Of a stretch of 64,000 bases of DNA, positions 59,930 to 64,000 are shown in pieces (the stretch's first letter is position 1; each line of letters begins with the position of its first letter). A model generated the notes under the pieces. It saw only the letters and a program-made list of their open reading frames with translations, had not been told where the DNA came from and made no database searches. The stretch lies in contig NC_083406.1 in NCBI RefSeq assembly GCF_020745735.1, forward strand, positions 45,444,255-45,508,254. Direction: 5' to 3'. This DNA is from Hemiscyllium ocellatum. Lineage: Eukaryota. Both the position numbers and the translations under genes were made by a program.

Positions 59930-61745
59930 AGATTCAGTTAGGAAGGTAAATGCATTGATTGCATTCGTTTTGAGAGGGTTGGAATACAACATCAGGGATT
60001 GTACTACTGAGGCTATATAAGGCTCGCGTCAGACCACATTTGGAATATTAGGAGCAGTTTTGGGCCCTGTATCTATGAAAGAGGTTGATGAGAATGAGGA
60101 AGTTTATTGGAAGGGGTTGAGAGGAGGTTTATGAGAATGATTTTGGAAATGAAGAAATATCATATGAGGAGCAGCTAAGTAATTGGGGTTTGTTCTTGAT
60201 GAAGTTTAAATGGATGAGGAAGGATTCTGATGGAAATTTACTGAATACTGAAAGGCCTGAATAGAGTGGGCATGGAGAAGATGTTTTCATTAGTAGGAGA
60301 GATTAGATGCCAAGGGCACAACTTCAGAGTGAAGGGACAATCCTTTAAAACTGAGATGAGGAGGAATATCTTCAGCTAGAGGGTGGTGAATCTATGGAAC
60401 TCACTGCCACAAAAGGTTATGGAGGCTAAGTCATAGAGTCATAGAGATTAGATTAGATTACTTACAGTGTGGAAACAGGCCCTTCGGCCCAACAAGTCCA
60501 CACCGACCCGCCGAAGCGCAACCCACCCAAACCCTTACATCTACCCCTCACCTAACACTACGGGCAATTTAGCATGGCCAATTCACCTAACCCGCACATC
60601 TTTGGACTGTGGGAGGAAACCGGAGCACCCGGAGGAAACCCACGCAGACACGGGGAGAACGTGCAAACTCCACACACAGTCAGTCGCCTGAGTCGGGAAT
60701 TGAACCCGGGTCTCAAGCGCTGTGAGGCAGCAGTGCTAACCACTGTGCCACCGTGCCGCCCATGTACAGCATGGAAACTGACCAACCTGTCCATGCTGAC
60801 CAGATAGTCTAGACCCAATCTAGTCCCACCTGCCAGCATTCGGCCCATATCCCTCCAAACCCTTCCTATTCATATACCCATCCAAATGTCACTTATCTGT
60901 TGGAATTGTACCAGCCTCCACCACTTCCTCTGGCAGCTCATTCCATACAAGTACCACCCTCTGTGTGAAAAAGTTGCCCCTTAGGTCTCTTTTATATCTT
61001 TCCCCTTTCAACCTAAACCTATGCCCTCTAGTTCTGGACTCCCCGATCCCAGGGAAAAGACTTTGTCTATTTACCCTATCCATGCTCCTCATAATTTTGT
61101 AAACTCTATAAGGTCAGCTCTCAGCCTCCGACGCTCCAGGGAAAGCAGCTCCAGCCTGTTCAGCCTCACCCTGTAGCTCAAATCCTCCAACCCTGGCAAC
61201 ATCCTTGTAAATCTTTTCTGAACCCTTTCAAATTTCACAACATCTTTCTGCTAGGAAGGAGATCAGAATTGCATGCAATATTCCAACTGAGGCCTAACCA
61301 ATGTCCTGTACAGCCGCAACATGACCTCCCAACTCCTGTACTCAATACTCTGACCAATAAAAGGAAGCATACCAAACGCTTTCTTCACTATCCTATCTAC
61401 CTGTGACTCCATTTTCAAGGAGCTATGAACCTGCACTCCAAGGTCTCTTTGTTCAGCAACACTCCCTAGGACCTTACCATTGAGTGTATAAGTCCTGCCA
61501 AGATTTGCTTTCCCAAAATGCAGCACCTCGCATTTATCTGAATTAAACTCCATCTGCCACTTCTCAGCCCATTGACCCATCTGGTCAAAAGTCATTCAGC
61601 CAAAGACATAGGTTATTGATTATTAATGAATCAGGATTATGGGGAGAAGACAGGAGAATTGGGTTTAGAAACATATCAGCCATGATTGAGTGGTTGAGCA
61701 GACTCGATCGATTGAATGGCCTAATCCTACTCCAGAATTTTACGG
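59930..61745. mobile_element. Old CR1 3' part (+) interrupted by a younger CR1 3' part (-, 60429-61590)
   Basis: ORFs 61263-61595 and 60889-61092 carry CR1 RT C-terminal motifs; short aagtcat duplication at both junctions. Confidence 0.85.
60446..60761 (-). mobile_element. HE1-type tRNA SINE, young copy, inserted into a CR1 tail
   Basis: Near-identical reverse complement of 26798-27110; splits 'gtcatagag|atgtacagcatggaaac'. Confidence 0.95.
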
Positions 61746-62459
61746 AGATTCTTATGAAGCCAGTGGTGAGCTAAAGGTACAAACTTGCTATGTTGAGAAT
61801 TCTTTGTGGGTTGCTTTGCTCATGGTGGATAATAGGATAGAAAGCTGTGCATTAATTATTTGAATTAATTCAGTGAAATGCATAAACAGTAGTTCAACAT
61901 GCCTGCAGTTATTTCCCTTTAACTTTATGAAAGGAAATCGAAAATTTATGCCAACATTTCATGTAAACAGGGTGCAGTGTTATACAGTTTGTCAGATTCG
62001 TGCGATTTAACTAAAAACTTTTTGAGTACTTATTATAATGAAAAAATGGTTATCAAGCAATGTGTAGCTTTATAAAGATTTTGCGGCATAGCTGGAAATT
62101 ATGAAAGTTCTGGAAACATCAAATAAAGACATATTCTAGAGACACATTTTGTCAAAGTCAATTTGGTAAAAATATCTGGCCTTGAAAGGTCTTTTTAATG
62201 AAAGTATATGTGGTCGTCATTCATTGTTGGCATGTGTAGAGTGTAGTTTGGCCACTTGACATTCCAAAGTTTTATAATTCCAGCAATTCAGTTTTTATTC
62301 TAATAATTTTAAGGAATTGTAAATTTTTATCAATTACCTACATATACTGGTGTTTTATATAGTGTTTTCCAGTATGATTTTGATACCAATGCTAACACAA
62401 TGTGGAAATGATAATTTGTGATTTTAATGGAAATTCAAATTCAATTTCCTTGAATCTCT

Positions 62460-62880
62460 TGTGAAGAGGAAGAAATGGCTTATGTTCAGATGGGATGTAA
62501 TGGGTCAGTTAGGGCATTTGAGAGTTACAACTTAGCCAGGAAAGACCTAAAGAGTGTGTTAGGAAGAGCCAGGAGGGGACTCAAGAAGTCGTTGGTGAAT
62601 ACCTTAAAACCTCCTTAGTAAACCACGGCTCCCACGCTCGACAACTTCCTCCCTGCCTGACAAGTACATACTTATCAAGGATCTGCAGTGACTGTTCCTT
62701 GAATAAGCTCCATATTTCAATTGTGCCCATTCCCTGCAGTTTCCTTCCCCATCCTAAATCTTGCTTAATCACATCGTAATTGCCTTTCCCCCTGCAGTAT
62801 ATACCTATCCCTTTCCATCACTAAAGTAAACATAACCGAATTATAGTCACTATCACCAAAATGTTCACCTACTTCCAAAG
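62460..62880. mobile_element. CR1 ORF2 fragments in opposite orientations
   Basis: ORF 62581-62772 IWSLFKEQ...WEPWFTKEV (-), preceded by a + strand 'ARKDLK..RRARRG' piece. Confidence 0.7.
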
Positions 62881-63480
62881 TGGTGGCAGGGGAAAGTGCC
62901 AGGACGGGAGGGTGGGTTGTAGGGGGGGGGGCATGGACCTGACCAGGTAGTCACGGAGGGAACGGTCTTTGCGGAAGGTGGAAAGGGATGGGAAGGGAAA
63001 TATATCCTAGGTGGTGGGGTCCGTTTGGAGGTGGCGGAAATGTCAGCGATGATTTGTTTATGCGAAGGTTGGTAGGGTGGAAGGTGAGCACCAGGGGCGT
63101 TCTGTCCTTGTTACAGTTGGAGGGGTGGGGTCTGAGGGCGGAGGTTTGGGATGTGGATGAGATGCATTGGAGGGCATCTTTAACCACATGGGAAGGAAAA
63201 TTGTGGTCTCTAAAGAAGGAGGCCATCAGGTGTGTTCTGTGGTGGAACGGGTCCTCGTGGGAGCAGATACGGCAGAGGTGGAGGAATTGGGAATAGGGGA
63301 TGGCATTTTTGCAGGAGGTAGGGTGGGAAGAGGTGTAATCCAGGTAACTGTGGGAGTCGGTGGGTTTGTAAAAAATGTCTGTGTCAAGTCGGTCGTCATT
63401 AATGAAGATGGAGAGGTCCAGGAAGGAGAGGGAAGTGTCAGAGATGGTCCAGGTAAATTTAAGGTCAGGGTGGCATGTAT
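62880..63480 (-). mobile_element. Penelope-like element RT/thumb fragment
   Basis: HPDLKFTWTISDTSLSFLDLSI...FYKPTDSHSYLDYTSSHP..CKNAIPYSQF..LCRICS (62951-63514). Confidence 0.9.
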
Positions 63481-64000
63481 TGGTGTGGCACAAGCAACAA
63501 ACCAGAGATAACAAGTTTTGGCTCTAAGACTCCACCCTAGCTCCCTGAATTTCTGCCTTAAATCCCCATCCTCCTTCCTACCTATGTCGTTGGTGCCTTT
63601 GTGGACCATGACTTGAGGCTGCTCCTCCTCCCCCTCAAGGATCCCAAAAACATGATCAGAGACATCATGACTCCTGGCACCTTGGAGGCAACACACCAAC
63701 TGTGAATCTTTATTGTTCCCACAGAACCTCCTATCTGTCCCCCTATCTATGGGATCCCCAACAAGTAATGCTCTGCTCTTCTTCCCCCTTTCCTTCTGAG
63801 CAACAGGGACAGACTCTGTGCCAGAGATCTGCACACCATTGGTTACCCCTGGTAAGTTGCCCCCCCCCCAAATAATATCCAAAACGGTATACTTCTTGTT
63901 GAGTGGAATGGCCACAAGAGATCCCTGCACTGCTTGCCAGTTCTCTTTCCATCCCCTGATGATAACCCATCTACCTTCTTCTTTTACCTGAGGTGTGACT
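63480..64000 (-). mobile_element. CR1 ORF1 SGNH-esterase region
   Basis: ALLVGDPIDRGTDRRFCG...VCCLQGAR..DVSD...VMVHKGTNDIGRK (63226-63930). Confidence 0.85.

Noticed and set aside
63226-63930. 234-aa ORF as a cellular esterase or esterase-RT fusion
   Set aside because: CR1 ORF1 esterase running out of frame into an adjacent Penelope fragment.
1-64000. CRISPR arrays, rRNA genes, prokaryotic operons
   Set aside because: No regularly spaced repeat-spacer array, no rRNA-like sequence, and the content is vertebrate repeat DNA.

Overview
Repeat-dense elasmobranch (shark/ray) genomic DNA. The taxon is inferred from HE1-type tRNA SINEs and CR1/HER1-type LINEs; a carpet/bamboo shark is likely but unproven. 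No intact host protein-coding gene was recognised, and nearly every long ORF is a retroelement fragment or its antisense shadow. The window is a layered transposon graveyard: many CR1 LINE fragments, a near full-length L1 (9760-19660, -) carrying nested Penelope and CR1 insertions, Penelope-like elements and short fold-back derivatives with hammerhead-ribozyme cores, two Gypsy LTR remnants and Harbinger remnants. There are three less ordinary items. (1) A 1.1-kb non-autonomous Tx1/Keno-like retroelement whose 5' end is a U2 snRNA fragment, flanked by a perfect 18-bp TSD outside any U2 gene (30617-31707). (2) A decayed retrovirus-like provirus with two RNase H-type domains and an internally inverted RT N-terminus (26402 to ~33600). 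(3) Scattered minus-strand remnants of a KDZ (Kyakuja-Dileera-Zisupton)-type transposase plus a Ulp1/SUMO-protease domain (3900-7460 and ~35800-42800), possibly one giant fossil DNA transposon split by later insertions. All calls are from manual translation and motif recognition; no database searches were run, and boundaries of old elements are approximate.
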